Source of the DNA: Alphaproteobacteria bacterium
Lineage (GTDB): Bacteria; Pseudomonadota; Alphaproteobacteria; UBA8366
Assembly (NCBI GenBank): GCA_965228695.1
Contig: CBDDIB010000002.1
Coordinates: 1,369,089 to 1,433,088 of the forward strand
DNA length: 64,000 nt
Direction: 5' to 3'
Shown: positions 26,161 to 36,185 of the stretch, piece by piece
Position numbering within the stretch: position 1 is the stretch's first letter
How the letters are laid out: each line of letters starts with the position of its first letter
Made by a program: the position numbers and the translations under genes
Notes under the pieces: generated by a model
What the model was told of the DNA's origin: nothing
Seen by the model: the letters and a program-made list of their open reading frames with translations, nothing else
Databases searched by the model: none

Positions 26161-27575
26161 GATCGGCCTTCCTGCGTCAGGGTGCGGACGTCGGTCAGCT
26201 TACCGGTGATCGCGGCGGCGGCCGCCATCGCCGGGCTGACCAGGTGCGTGCGCGACCCCAATCCCTGGCGGCCCTTGAAGTTGCGGTTCGAGGTCGAGGC
26301 ACAGCGTTGTCCCGGCTGCAGCAGGTCGCCGTTGATCGCGGTGCAGAGCGAGCACCCCGCGCCCCGCCATTCGAACCCGGCGTCGGTGAAGATGCGGTCG
26401 AGCCCCTCGGCTTCGGCCTCGCGCTTGATCGTGGTCGAGCCCGGGACGATCCAGGTCGGTATCTTGGCCTTGCCCAGCTTCGCGACTTCGGCGGCGGCGC
26501 GCAGGTCCTCTATCCGGCCGTTGGTGCAGGACCCGATGAAGACGTGATCGACCGGAATATCCGTGATCGCGGTGCCCGGCTTCAACCCCATGTAGTCGAG
26601 CGCGGCCGATATCTCGGATTTGTCCGCCTCGGTCCCGGCGTCTTCCGGCGAGGGTATCTCCCCGGTGATCGGCAGCGCTTGCTCGGGATTGGTGCCCCAG
26701 GTGACCATGGGCGCGATGGTGTCGGCGTCGAGTGAAACGTTGGTGTCGAAGGCAGCGTCATCGTCGCTCGGCAGCGTTCGCCAATGGTCGACCGCGGTAT
26801 CCCATGCCTCGCCTTTCGGGGCGTAGGGCCTGCCCTCCAGATAGGCGTAGGTCTTGTCGTCGGGCGCCATCATGCCGGCGCGGCCGCCGGCCTCGATCGA
26901 CATGTTGCAGACCGTCATCCGTTGTTCCATCGTCATGCCCTCGACGGCGCTGCCGGCATATTCGACGACATGCCCGGCGGCGCCGCCGTGGCCGATTTTG
27001 GCGATGATCGCCAGGATGACGTCCTTTGCGCTGACGCCGAAGGGCAGGTCGCCGTCGATCTCGATGCGCATCGATTTCGGTTTCCGTTGCCACAGCGTCT
27101 GCGTGACCATGATGTGATAGATCTCGGATGCGCCCGCGCCGAAGGACAGGTTGCCGAACGCGCCATGCGTCGCGGTGTGAGAATCCGCGCCGACCAACAG
27201 CACGCCCGGCAGGGTGATGGCCTGTTCCGGCCCGGCGACATGCAGAATGCCCTGATCGTCGTCGTCGATGTTGAAATGCCGGATGCCGTGCTTCTTGCAG
27301 TTGGCGGCCAGCAGCTCGATCATGTTGCGAATTTTCGGGTCCGCGATCGCGTCGAGTCCCAACTCGCGGTTGGCGGTCGGCACATAGTGGTCCGAAAAGG
27401 CGAAGACCTTGTCCGGCTCGGCGACACCGCGGCCCTCCTTGTCGAGCCGATCAAAGGTATGGCGCGACCCCTCATGGATCAGGCAGCGCGCCACGTAGAG
27501 CAGCGTCTCGTCCTCTTCGACGGTAATGGCGTGCTGCCGCCAGATCTTGTCGAACATCGTTTGCGGGGCCGGCAC
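26157..27575 (-). CDS. leuC: 3-isopropylmalate dehydratase-type large subunit (LeuC family)
   Basis: 472 aa and colinear with LeuC (GADSHTATHGAFG, IGSCTNGRIEDLRAAA, CSLCTAINGD, ASTSNRNFKGRQG). The N-terminal substrate-loop region reads CLIHEGSRHTF rather than the HLVHEVTSPQAF I recall for E. coli LeuC, so this may be a paralogue. Confidence 0.8.
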   Translation of the reverse strand: MPAPQTMFDKIWRQHAITVEEDETLLYVARCLIHEGSRHTFDRLDKEGRGVAEPDKVFAFSDHYVPTANRELGLDAIADPKIRNMIELLAANCKKHGIRHFNIDDDDQGILHVAGPEQAITLPGVLLVGADSHTATHGAFGNLSFGAGASEIYHIMVTQTLWQRKPKSMRIEIDGDLPFGVSAKDVILAIIAKIGHGGAAGHVVEYAGSAVEGMTMEQRMTVCNMSIEAGGRAGMMAPDDKTYAYLEGRPYAPKGEAWDTAVDHWRTLPSDDDAAFDTNVSLDADTIAPMVTWGTNPEQALPITGEIPSPEDAGTEADKSEISAALDYMGLKPGTAITDIPVDHVFIGSCTNGRIEDLRAAAEVAKLGKAKIPTWIVPGSTTIKREAEAEGLDRIFTDAGFEWRGAGCSLCTAINGDLLQPGQRCASTSNRNFKGRQGLGSRTHLVSPAMAAAAAITGKLTDVRTLTQEGRS

Positions 27576-27748
27576 GGCGTTCTCCGTTATGCTTTTCTTA
27601 GGGGAAATCCTCTTAATTTCCCGTCGGCTGCATTATCGCCGACCGGCCCCGCGCGCGCAAAACACGAGACCGCTTGTACGGCCCGCGCCGATGGCTATAG
27701 TGCCGCCGCTATATCCCCTTTTTTCAACCGCCCGAAGGCATTGCCTCA

Positions 27749-29572
27749 ATGGATCTGCGCAACATCGCCATCATTGCCCATGTGGATCATGGCAAGACGA
27801 CGCTGGTCGACGGACTGCTGCGCCAAAGCGGCACGTTCCGCGACAATCAGCAGGTCGCCGAGCGGGCGATGGATTCCAACGACCTGGAGCGGGAGCGCGG
27901 GATCACCATCCTGGCGAAATGCACTTCGATCCAGTGGCAAGATACGCGCATCAACATCGTCGATACGCCCGGTCACGCGGATTTCGGCGGCGAGGTCGAG
28001 CGCATTCTCAGCATGGTCGACGGCGTGGTAGTGCTCGTCGATGCGGCCGAAGGGCCGATGCCGCAGACCAAGTTCGTGCTGGGGAAGGCGCTCAAGATCG
28101 GCTTGCGGCCCATCGTGATGATCAACAAGGTGGACAAACCCGATCAGCGCGCCCACGACGTCCATAACGAAGTCTTCGATCTTTTCGCCGCGCTGGATGC
28201 GACGGATGAACAGCTCGACTTTCCCACGGTCTTCGGGTCGGGCAAGGACGGCTGGGCCGCCGACGCGCCGGAAGGCCCGGCGAAAGATCTGGAGCCGCTG
28301 TTCGATCTGATCGTGCGCCATGTCCCGGCGCCGGCGGTCGATCCGGAGGGGGCATTCCGCATGCTCGCCACGACGGTCGAATCCGACCCCTATCTTGGCC
28401 GGCTCCTGACCGGGCGGATCTATGCCGGCAGCGTGCGGCCGAACGCGACGATCAAGGCGCTGACGCGCGACGGCGATCCGCGCGAGGAAGCGCGGATCAC
28501 CAAACTGCTCGCCTTCAGGGGCTTGGAGCGGGTGCCGGTCGAGGAAGCGCACGCCGGGGATATCGTCGCGATTGCCGGCCTGTCCGACTCCACGGTTTCG
28601 GATACATTGTGCGATCCGTCGGTCGACACGCCGATTGAGGCACAGCCGATCGATCCGCCGACGCTTGCCATGTCCTTCGGCGTCAATGATTCCCCGCTGG
28701 CCGGGCAGGACGGCGACAAGCTGACGTCGCGCGTGATCCGCGCCCGGCTGTTGCGCGAAGTCGAAGGGAATGTCGCGATCACGGTGCGGGAGACGGACGA
28801 CGCGGACGCCTACGAGGTTGCGGGACGGGGAGAGCTGCAGCTCGCCGTCCTCATCGAGCAGATGCGCCGCGAAGGATTCGAACTGTCGATCGGGCGTCCT
28901 CGGGTGCTGTATCAGACCGATCCGGATACCGGCGGCCGACTCGAGCCGATCGAGGAAGTGGTCGTCGATGTGGACGAGGAATTTTCCGGCGCGGTGGTCG
29001 AAAAGTTGAGCGAGCGCAAGGCCGAGCTGACCGACATGCGGCCGGCCGGCAGCGGAAAGCAACGCCTGACCCTGCTCGCGCCGTCGCGGGGATTGATCGG
29101 GTATCACGGCGAGTTCCTCACCGATACGCGGGGCACCGGCGTGATGAACCGGGTGTTCCATGGTTATGCGCCCTACAAGGGGCCGATCGCGATGCGCCGC
29201 ACCGGCGTGCTGGTCTCGCTGGGGCAGGGCAAGGCGGTCGCCTATGCGCTCTGGAACCTGGAAGACCGCGGGCCGATGTTCGTGGACGCCGGCGCGATGG
29301 TCTACGGCGGTATGATCGTCGGCGAGAACAGCCGGGGATCCGATCTCAACGTCAATCCGCTCAAGGCCAAGCAGCTCACCAACATCCGCGCGTCCGGCAA
29401 GGACGAGGCGGTGACGCTGACGCCGCCCATTCGCATGAGTCTCGAAAAAGCGATCGCCTATATTTCGGATGACGAACTGGTGGAGGTCACGCCGCAGCAC
29501 ATCCGGTTGCGGAAACGTTTCCTCGATCCGCATGAGCGGAAGCGGGAATCAAAACGATCGGAAGTCGCCTAG
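27749..29572 (+). CDS. typA: Translational GTPase TypA/BipA
   Basis: 607 aa. [39 protein letters not shown]. Full-length colinearity with BipA, including the C-terminal domain. Confidence 0.95.
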   Translation: MDLRNIAIIAHVDHGKTTLVDGLLRQSGTFRDNQQVAERAMDSNDLERERGITILAKCTSIQWQDTRINIVDTPGHADFGGEVERILSMVDGVVVLVDAAEGPMPQTKFVLGKALKIGLRPIVMINKVDKPDQRAHDVHNEVFDLFAALDATDEQLDFPTVFGSGKDGWAADAPEGPAKDLEPLFDLIVRHVPAPAVDPEGAFRMLATTVESDPYLGRLLTGRIYAGSVRPNATIKALTRDGDPREEARITKLLAFRGLERVPVEEAHAGDIVAIAGLSDSTVSDTLCDPSVDTPIEAQPIDPPTLAMSFGVNDSPLAGQDGDKLTSRVIRARLLREVEGNVAITVRETDDADAYEVAGRGELQLAVLIEQMRREGFELSIGRPRVLYQTDPDTGGRLEPIEEVVVDVDEEFSGAVVEKLSERKAELTDMRPAGSGKQRLTLLAPSRGLIGYHGEFLTDTRGTGVMNRVFHGYAPYKGPIAMRRTGVLVSLGQGKAVAYALWNLEDRGPMFVDAGAMVYGGMIVGENSRGSDLNVNPLKAKQLTNIRASGKDEAVTLTPPIRMSLEKAIAYISDDELVEVTPQHIRLRKRFLDPHERKRESKRSEVA

Positions 29573-29588
29573 CTGCCCATGCGGGCTG

Positions 29589-29945
29589 TCAGTCGGCCGC
29601 CTTATCCGCGCAGGCGACGCATAGCGCCACCGCGGGATCCAATTCGAGCCTTTTGAGCGCGATTTTGTCGCCGCAGGTCAGGCAGTAGCCGAACTCGTCC
29701 GTGTCCAGCCGTTCCAGTGCCGCATCGATTCGTTGCAATTCGACCTTTCGGCGGCGTTCGGTTTCCTGGGCCATTGCCTGCCCCTGCAGAGCATCCACGC
29801 GCGACAGCCGTCCGAGACGCGCCTGGTCGAGTTCCACCGTATCGCGCGAGTCCTTGTTGGCGCTCGCCCGCTCCAGCAACTGGTCCCGGCGTTCGTTCAG
29901 GCTTGATCGCATTTTTTTCGCATCTATGTCGTCACGATCGGTCAT
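29589..29945 (-). CDS. DksA/TraR family C4-type zinc-finger protein
   Basis: 118 aa. Coiled-coil N-terminus, then CLTCGDKIALKRLELDPAVALCVAC (CxxC-N17-CxxC). Confidence 0.8.
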   Translation of the reverse strand: MTDRDDIDAKKMRSSLNERRDQLLERASANKDSRDTVELDQARLGRLSRVDALQGQAMAQETERRRKVELQRIDAALERLDTDEFGYCLTCGDKIALKRLELDPAVALCVACADKAAD

Positions 29946-30095
29946 AGCCTATCAAGTATAGCGCGAGTCTGGCGGAACACCGCGCCTCATTTTCAACTGT
30001 TTTGACGAAAACGTGTAAGGATGCGATTTGTCCGCCGGACCGGATTTCCTATTTACCTTGGGATAGTAGGACAAGGCATATAGACAGAGGGTCTC

Positions 30096-30956
30096 ATGAC
30101 GGTCTTAACGCAACCTCGGTTCGCTTTTCGCGCGGCAGCCGTACTCGTCCTGGTCGCCGGGCTCAGCGGTTTCTCGCTGGAATCCCTGTTTGCACCGAAG
30201 TCCGAGTTATGGCCGCGTTGGCAGGCGCACGATGCGGCCTCCACCCTGACGGTCGATCACGGCGCATGGGGCATGCTTCTGAAAGCCTATGTGAAGCCGG
30301 ATTCAAGCGGGCTGAACCGCTTCGACTATCAGCACGTTTCCTCGGCCGACCGCCAGGCTTTGCGTGGTTACATCGAGGGTCTGGGCAAGGTTGCCGTCAG
30401 CAAGCTCAACCGTTCTGAGCAGAACGCCTACTGGATCAATCTGTATAACGCGTTGACCATCGACGTGGTCCTGAAACATATGCCGGTGAAAAGTATCCGC
30501 GACATCGATATCTCGCCGGGGCTTTTCGCCAGTGGACCGTGGGACAAGAAATTGATCGCCGTCGAAGGGGTTGAGGTCAGTCTCAATGACATCGAGCACC
30601 GTATCCTGCGGCCGATTTGGCAGGATCCGCGCGTGCATTACGGCGTGAACTGCGCATCGGTCGGATGCCCGAACCTTCTCAGCACGGCCTATACCGGGGC
30701 CGCAATGGACAAAATGCTCGACGATGCCGCGCGGACGTATGTGAACTCGCCGCGCGGCGCCAGGATCGATGAGAACGGCCTGACCGTTTCCAGCATCTAT
30801 GTGTGGTTCAAGGACGATTTCGGCGGAACCGACCAGGGCGTGATCGATCATTTGAAGCGTTACGCCAAGCCGGATCTGCGCGCCGCGCTGGATGGCCGGT
30901 CGACCATCGACGCGCACGCCTATGACTGGGCGCTCAATTCCGGTTTGGGAAGCTAG
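30096..30956 (+). CDS. DUF547 domain-containing exported protein
   Basis: 286 aa with a signal peptide. DUF547 core YWINLYNALTIDVVL...SLNDIEHRILRPIWQDPRVHYGVNCASVGCPNL. Confidence 0.8.
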   Translation: MTVLTQPRFAFRAAAVLVLVAGLSGFSLESLFAPKSELWPRWQAHDAASTLTVDHGAWGMLLKAYVKPDSSGLNRFDYQHVSSADRQALRGYIEGLGKVAVSKLNRSEQNAYWINLYNALTIDVVLKHMPVKSIRDIDISPGLFASGPWDKKLIAVEGVEVSLNDIEHRILRPIWQDPRVHYGVNCASVGCPNLLSTAYTGAAMDKMLDDAARTYVNSPRGARIDENGLTVSSIYVWFKDDFGGTDQGVIDHLKRYAKPDLRAALDGRSTIDAHAYDWALNSGLGS

Positions 30957-31693
30957 GACCCTCGGGCCAGCCGGTTTTCGGCAACGTTGCCTGTATGGCG
31001 CCCGCGGCGCCGGCGTTGCGAATCGTACAGCCGGGCCAGGCGGTCCGGCGAAACGCCGAGATAGAACAGCAGATGAATCTTCACCCAGCCCCAAACGATC
31101 GCGGCCGGATGGCGGCCGGTGAAACGCCGTGACGAGGTGACCAGCGGTGGATTGGCGATACAGCAGGTCCGGCCCGCTTTTTCCATCCGGCGATTGAAGT
31201 CGTAATCCTCCATCAGGGCGATTGGCCGAATGCCGCCGAGCGCTTGGTAGGTTGTGCGCCGGACGAATACCGCCGAATCGCCGTAATAGACGCCATGTTC
31301 GCGGATCCAGCGGTAGAAACCGTCGAGCCAGCGGCTGAATCCGTCCCGGCCATCGAACAGCAGGCGAAAATTGCCCCCGATCGCCGCCGGGTTGTCGGAC
31401 AGAACGCGCTCGATCTGCCGCAAGCCGCCACTGGGATAGGTGGTATCGGCATGCAGGAACCACAGGACGTCGCCCGCCGCCGCCGCCGCCCCGGCGTGAA
31501 GTTGCTGGCCACGCCCGCGGGCGCACATGAGGACACGGGCGCCAGCAGTCTTGGCGACGGCGCGGGTATCGTCGCGGCTCCCGCCATCCACGACGATGAT
31601 CTCGATGTCCGCCGACTCGTCCCGCAGGCGCGTCAGCAGACCGGGAAGCCGATGCGCCTCGTTCAGCGCCGGGATGATTACCGAGATGGTCAT
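30953..31693 (-). CDS. Family-2 glycosyltransferase (resembles the TIGR04283-type GT, from memory)
   Basis: 246 aa. MTISVIIPALNEA...IEIIVVDGGSRDDT (GT-A DxD region), WFLHADT, and a C-terminus FNRRMEKAGRTCCIANPPLVTSSRRF. Confidence 0.75.
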   Translation of the reverse strand: MTISVIIPALNEAHRLPGLLTRLRDESADIEIIVVDGGSRDDTRAVAKTAGARVLMCARGRGQQLHAGAAAAAGDVLWFLHADTTYPSGGLRQIERVLSDNPAAIGGNFRLLFDGRDGFSRWLDGFYRWIREHGVYYGDSAVFVRRTTYQALGGIRPIALMEDYDFNRRMEKAGRTCCIANPPLVTSSRRFTGRHPAAIVWGWVKIHLLFYLGVSPDRLARLYDSQRRRRGRHTGNVAENRLARGS

Positions 31694-31732
31694 GGCGTGC
31701 TGCCTATCATATTCGCTGCCCTTGCCGCCGGG

Positions 31733-32524
31733 TCAGCAGCGGTCGAATTGCGCCGTTTCTTGGGGCTGTATCAACCCGATGTCAATCAGCGCCTCCCGTT
31801 GCCGACGCCAGCGGGTTTCGGCCCATCGACGTCCGACCGTCCGAAAGACGATCCCCGGCATGTCCGCCTGGATCGGCCCGGCGCAGTCGAACCAGAGCCG
31901 CCGCACCCATTGGTAGATCGCGGTCCGCTCCTCCAGCGCCAGCGCTTGGAGTTGTCGGCGCAGGAAGATCTTTCCGAAAGCGACATGCCGGCCCTCGTCC
32001 CGGGCGATCAACGCGTTCATCTGCTTGAACAACGGGCAGGGGAACCAATCACCGTAAAGCTGCTGCAATCGCAGGCCTTCGCCTTCCAGCACGATGTGAA
32101 AGGCGACGATGGCGCCGTGATACGAACCGCGCCATCCCAAGGCGCCCTCATAAGCCATGGCGACGCCGTCGCAGATCTCTTCGATGCCGCCGGCCCGCGC
32201 CAGATATCGTTCGTAGTAACCGGCATGCCGTTGTTCGTCGGCAACCTGCGTCTTCACGAAACGGATGGCGTTTTCGTCGTCGAGTTCGCGGAGAAGCCGT
32301 TCGCACATGGTGATCGTCGCAAGCTCGCCGTAATAGAGCTGGCTGATGGCGGTCCGCACATATTGCATCCGCAGCCACGCCGGTTTCTTGACGCCGGTAT
32401 CCCAATCGATGCCGTCGTCGGTGATCGCCGCGGCGCCCAATCCCTTGTCGGTCAGCCGATCAAGTTGCGCGGCATGGATAGCGGCGCCATGATCCATGGC
32501 GGTTAAGGCGGCGTTATTCCGCAT
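31733..32524 (-). CDS. Ferritin-like di-iron carboxylate protein (putative oxygenase)
   Basis: 263 aa. Two E...(D/E)ExRH half-sites: YYGELATITMCE...VADEQRHAGYY and IVLEGEGL...IARDEGRHVAFG. The start is uncertain; an alternative ATG lies at 32497. Confidence 0.6.
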   Translation of the reverse strand: MRNNAALTAMDHGAAIHAAQLDRLTDKGLGAAAITDDGIDWDTGVKKPAWLRMQYVRTAISQLYYGELATITMCERLLRELDDENAIRFVKTQVADEQRHAGYYERYLARAGGIEEICDGVAMAYEGALGWRGSYHGAIVAFHIVLEGEGLRLQQLYGDWFPCPLFKQMNALIARDEGRHVAFGKIFLRRQLQALALEERTAIYQWVRRLWFDCAGPIQADMPGIVFRTVGRRWAETRWRRQREALIDIGLIQPQETAQFDRC

Positions 32525-33203
32525 GAATGCTGAGGTCCGCGACCTTGGCCATGCTCATCCCGCGCTTGTCGTCCGTATCCGCTGAGATGGCGATGACGCG
32601 GGCCTTCGGCGGCGGATATCCGAACGCGCGTTCGAAATCCGCATCGATATCCACGGATTCCGGAAACCAATGTCCGGTCGGGCTGTCCCCGGGCCTGAGG
32701 ATAATGATTCGCCCGTTCGCGTTGAGGTAGGGGTTTTCAATCAGGTCGCCCCGCTTGCGGATACCGCCCCATACATAGGTCAGCACCTTGCCGCGCAGCG
32801 GCGATGTCCGGGTCCATCTACCGACCTGATCCAGCAGGGACCAGCGGCCGGAGGCGCTGTCCTGGGTATCGAAACAGATGTGGATCGCCAGCGGCCGGTC
32901 ATCCATGCCCTTCATGGATTGATCGGTTGCCGGCGGCGTCATGTCCACCCGCCAGCGCCAACTCAGCCGGGTCACGGTGTTCTGCGCCACCGTCAGCTCG
33001 CGGTAGAGGAAACCGACGCTTTCCGTTGCGGATACCTTGATCGCGCCGTTCGGTGCGGCCCGGAATGCCGTCGCGGGCTTGCCGGGGACTTTCAAGGTTT
33101 TCCAGCCGGGAGGGGCGTCTAGGCCGGAATTCGGTCTGGTTTCTGCGGCGGCGCTACCGACGATGAGCAGCGCTGCTGCGGCGGCGATCGGTGGTATCTT
33201 CAT
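32514..33203 (-). CDS. DUF3047 domain-containing periplasmic protein
   Basis: Start at ATG 33203 gives the signal peptide MKIPPIAAAAALLIVGSAAAE. Beta-rich body (RLSWRWRVD, LTYVWGG). The DUF3047 assignment is from memory. Confidence 0.6.
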   Translation of the reverse strand: MKIPPIAAAAALLIVGSAAAETRPNSGLDAPPGWKTLKVPGKPATAFRAAPNGAIKVSATESVGFLYRELTVAQNTVTRLSWRWRVDMTPPATDQSMKGMDDRPLAIHICFDTQDSASGRWSLLDQVGRWTRTSPLRGKVLTYVWGGIRKRGDLIENPYLNANGRIIILRPGDSPTGHWFPESVDIDADFERAFGYPPPKARVIAISADTDDKRGMSMAKVADLSIHAE

Positions 33204-33312
33204 ACGCGGGACTATCGGCAAACCGCGAGCCGATTTGAAATAACAACTTCTCACACACGTGAGACCGCCCCGCGATCACGGGCTGCGGGCCGCCGAAGAA
33301 CGAGTATACCGG

Positions 33313-34452
33313 TCAGCCGCGCTGCCAGACCGCGCCTTTTTCCAGTAGCGACGCGACATCCGCCTGTGGCATCCCCCAATCTTCCAGGGCCGCTGCGGTA
33401 TCGGCGCCCGGTTGCGGCGGCGGACATTGGACTTCGAGCTCGGTCCTGCTGAAGCGGGGCGCCGGTGCCGGTTGGACCACGCCGTCGATCTCTATGAACG
33501 TATCCCGTGCCTTCATATGCGGATGATCCGGCGCCTCGCCCATCGATAGAACGGGAGCGAAACAAACATCGGTGCCTTCCAGGATATCGCACCATTCGTC
33601 CCGGGTCTTTTGCTTGAACAGCGCCCGCAGCATGTCTTTCATCTCCGGCCATTTGTCCCGGTCGAGCTGTTCCGGGAGGGACTCCTTTTCCAGGCCGAGG
33701 CGTTGCAGGAGCTCCGCATAGAATTGCGGTTCGATCGACGCGACGCTGATGAATTCGCCGTCCTTCGTCTCATAGGCGCCATAGTAATGCGAGCCGCCGT
33801 CGAGCTGGTTGGCCTCGCGCTCGTCCTTCCAAACGCCGATGGATCGCAGCCCGTAGGCCGCCGTGATAAGCGACGCGGCCCCGTCGACCATCGCGACGTC
33901 CAGAACCTGGCCCTTGCCCGATTTCGAAGCCTCCAGGATCGCGCTGACCATGCCAAGCGCGAGATACAGCGCGCCGCCGCCGAAATCGCCGACGATATTC
34001 AGCGGCGGGGACGGCGGTCCTTCCTTCGGTCCGATGGCGTGCAACGCGCCGGTGAGGGCGATGTAGTTGATGTCGTGGCCCGCGGCCTGGGCGAGGGGGC
34101 CCTCTTGGCCCCAGCCGGTCATCCGGCCGTAGGCCAGTTTAGGATTTCGGGCGAGGCAGACATCCGGTCCGACCCCGAGACGCTCCATGACGCCGGGGCG
34201 GAATCCCTCGATTAGGCCGTCGGCTTGATCCACCAGCTTGAGCGCCGTCTCGATTCCGTCCGGATGTTTCAGGTCGATCGAGACAGACCGGCGGCTGCGA
34301 TTCAGGACGTTTGACCGGAACATCGGCTGATCCGGGTCGACCCGATCGATGCGCAGGATATCCGCGCCTAAATCCGCCAGCAGCATCGCGCACATCGGCC
34401 CCGGGCCGATTCCCGCAAACTCGACAATCTTCACACCAGCTAAGGGTCCCAT
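33313..34452 (-). CDS. Family III CoA-transferase (CaiB/BaiF; alpha-methylacyl-CoA racemase-like)
   Basis: 379 aa. [37 protein letters not shown] and GHDINYIALTGAL, typical of AMACR/family III enzymes. Confidence 0.85.
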   Translation of the reverse strand: MGPLAGVKIVEFAGIGPGPMCAMLLADLGADILRIDRVDPDQPMFRSNVLNRSRRSVSIDLKHPDGIETALKLVDQADGLIEGFRPGVMERLGVGPDVCLARNPKLAYGRMTGWGQEGPLAQAAGHDINYIALTGALHAIGPKEGPPSPPLNIVGDFGGGALYLALGMVSAILEASKSGKGQVLDVAMVDGAASLITAAYGLRSIGVWKDEREANQLDGGSHYYGAYETKDGEFISVASIEPQFYAELLQRLGLEKESLPEQLDRDKWPEMKDMLRALFKQKTRDEWCDILEGTDVCFAPVLSMGEAPDHPHMKARDTFIEIDGVVQPAPAPRFSRTELEVQCPPPQPGADTAAALEDWGMPQADVASLLEKGAVWQRG

Positions 34453-34598
34453 CGGTTTTCCTTTCGATTGACGGCCTTCCCGGCAGCAAGCCTCAGCGAC
34501 GCCCGACCTGTCAAATCATCGGAGGATCGTTCCCGGCGCAACTTGCTGTCCCATCGCCTGCTGGGTAATTCTAAGAACATGGCGCGGAAGACCTCTTC

Positions 34599-36185
34599 AT
34601 GAGCAAGCTGACGGACGCCAAGGACGCAGCATCCTTGGTGGCGGACGGCATGACCCTGGCGGTCGATGGCTTTGTCGGATCGGCGACGCCCGAGGAGCTG
34701 CTTTGCGCGTTGGAGTCCCGGTTCCGGGAGCACGGCAGTCCGAAGGACCTGACGGTGATTGCATCCACCGGACAAGGGGATGCGCAGGGGCGCGGTCTCG
34801 ACCGGCTGGCGCATCCGGGATTGATCGGCCGCCTCATCACGTCCTACTTGAACCTGAACCGGATCCTGCAGAAACGGCTGATCGACGAGGAGTTGGAAGG
34901 ATACCTCCTGCCGCTTGGCGTCATCGTACAGCTCTACCGGGAGATCGCGGCGGGCCGGCCCGGGCTGATAACGCATATCGGCTTGAATACTTTCGTCGAT
35001 CCCCGCCAGGAGGGCGGCCGCGTGAACGCCCGTACCGTCGAAGATCTGGTGGAGGTGCTGACGCTGGCCGGGCAGGAATGGCTTTTCTATCCGAGCATGA
35101 AGCTGGATGTCGGTTTCCTGCGCGGCACCACGGCGGATGCGGACGGTAACATCACGATGGAGCGCGAGATCGCGACCTTCCAAGGCCCGTCCTTCGCGCA
35201 GGCGGTTCGCAATTCGGGCGGTACCGTCATCGCTCAGGTGGAACGCGTCGTCGAGCGCGGCGCGCTCAAGCCCCGCGACGTCGTCATTCCCGGCCATCTG
35301 GTCGATCACGTGGTTCTGGGGACGGCGGAAAACCATCGGCAGACTTTTGCATCGGTCTACAATCCCTTGTTCAGCGGCGAGGAACGCGCCGAGATCGGCG
35401 AGATCGCGCCGGTTCCGTTGGATACGCGGAAATTGATCGGCCGGCGGGCGGCGATGGAACTGCAGCGTGGCGATGTTGTGAATTTGGGCGTCGGCATTGC
35501 CGGCTATGTCGCGACCGTGGCGCGCGAGGAGGAATGCGGCGATGCGTTCACATTGACCGTCGAATCCGGCGCGACCGGCGGCTATCCGGCCTACAATCTC
35601 GATTTCGGCGCGTCGATCAACGCCGGGTCCGTGATCGATCATACCTATCAGTTCGACTTCTATGACGGCGGCGGGCTCGACATCACGATCGTCGGACTGG
35701 CGCAAATGGACGCCGCCGGCAATGTGAATGTTTCGAAGCTGGCGCACCGGATTCCGGGCGTCGGCGGCTTCTTCAATGTCACGCAAGGAGCGGAGCGGGT
35801 CGTTTTCTGCGGTCTGTTTACCGCTGGCGAGCAGGACATCGCGGTGACGCCCGATGGCCTGCGCATCGATCGCGACGGTCCGGTGGTGAAATTCGTCGAA
35901 CAGGTCGAGCAAGTGACGTTCAATGCCCGACAGGCCTTGGCCAAGGGCCAGCGCGTGACCGCGATGACCGAACGGGGCGTGTTCGAGATCACGGATGACG
36001 GTCCGGTCTTGACCGAGATAGCGCCGGGCGTCGACCTGGAACGCGACATCGCCGCCCGCATGGGGTTTCGCCCGGCCGTCAGTCCGACGCTTTCGCTCAT
36101 GCCCGCCGAGATATTTCGCCCCGGCCGTTTCGACCTTGCCCGATATTTAAACCGCCGACCCGTTAGCAGGGAGATCAATCCATAA
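34599..36185 (+). CDS. Acyl-CoA:acetate/3-ketoacid CoA-transferase (family I, fused alpha-beta; propionate CoA-transferase-like)
   Basis: 528 aa. N-terminus AASLVADGMTLAVDGFVGSATPEELL. Motifs include GGFFNV and SGATGGYPA. Confidence 0.8.
   Translation: MSKLTDAKDAASLVADGMTLAVDGFVGSATPEELLCALESRFREHGSPKDLTVIASTGQGDAQGRGLDRLAHPGLIGRLITSYLNLNRILQKRLIDEELEGYLLPLGVIVQLYREIAAGRPGLITHIGLNTFVDPRQEGGRVNARTVEDLVEVLTLAGQEWLFYPSMKLDVGFLRGTTADADGNITMEREIATFQGPSFAQAVRNSGGTVIAQVERVVERGALKPRDVVIPGHLVDHVVLGTAENHRQTFASVYNPLFSGEERAEIGEIAPVPLDTRKLIGRRAAMELQRGDVVNLGVGIAGYVATVAREEECGDAFTLTVESGATGGYPAYNLDFGASINAGSVIDHTYQFDFYDGGGLDITIVGLAQMDAAGNVNVSKLAHRIPGVGGFFNVTQGAERVVFCGLFTAGEQDIAVTPDGLRIDRDGPVVKFVEQVEQVTFNARQALAKGQRVTAMTERGVFEITDDGPVLTEIAPGVDLERDIAARMGFRPAVSPTLSLMPAEIFRPGRFDLARYLNRRPVSREINP

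Noticed and set aside
27746-29533. 595-aa ORF antisense to typA. Similar long antisense ORFs occur at 11224..12753, 17191..18588, 23370..24791, 39434..40747, 48907..50679, 55001..56404 and 60619..62325.
   Set aside because: Each lies opposite a gene with strong family signatures and has a low-complexity Arg/Gly/Asp/His-rich translation. Stop codons are rare in the antisense frames of GC3-rich genes.
27749-29572. Whether one of the two translational GTPases in the window (27749..29572 or 39368..40957) could be SelB
   Set aside because: The first is colinear with TypA/BipA and the second with RF3 (PrfC). Neither has a SelB-type C-terminal winged-helix extension. No Sec machinery lies in this window.
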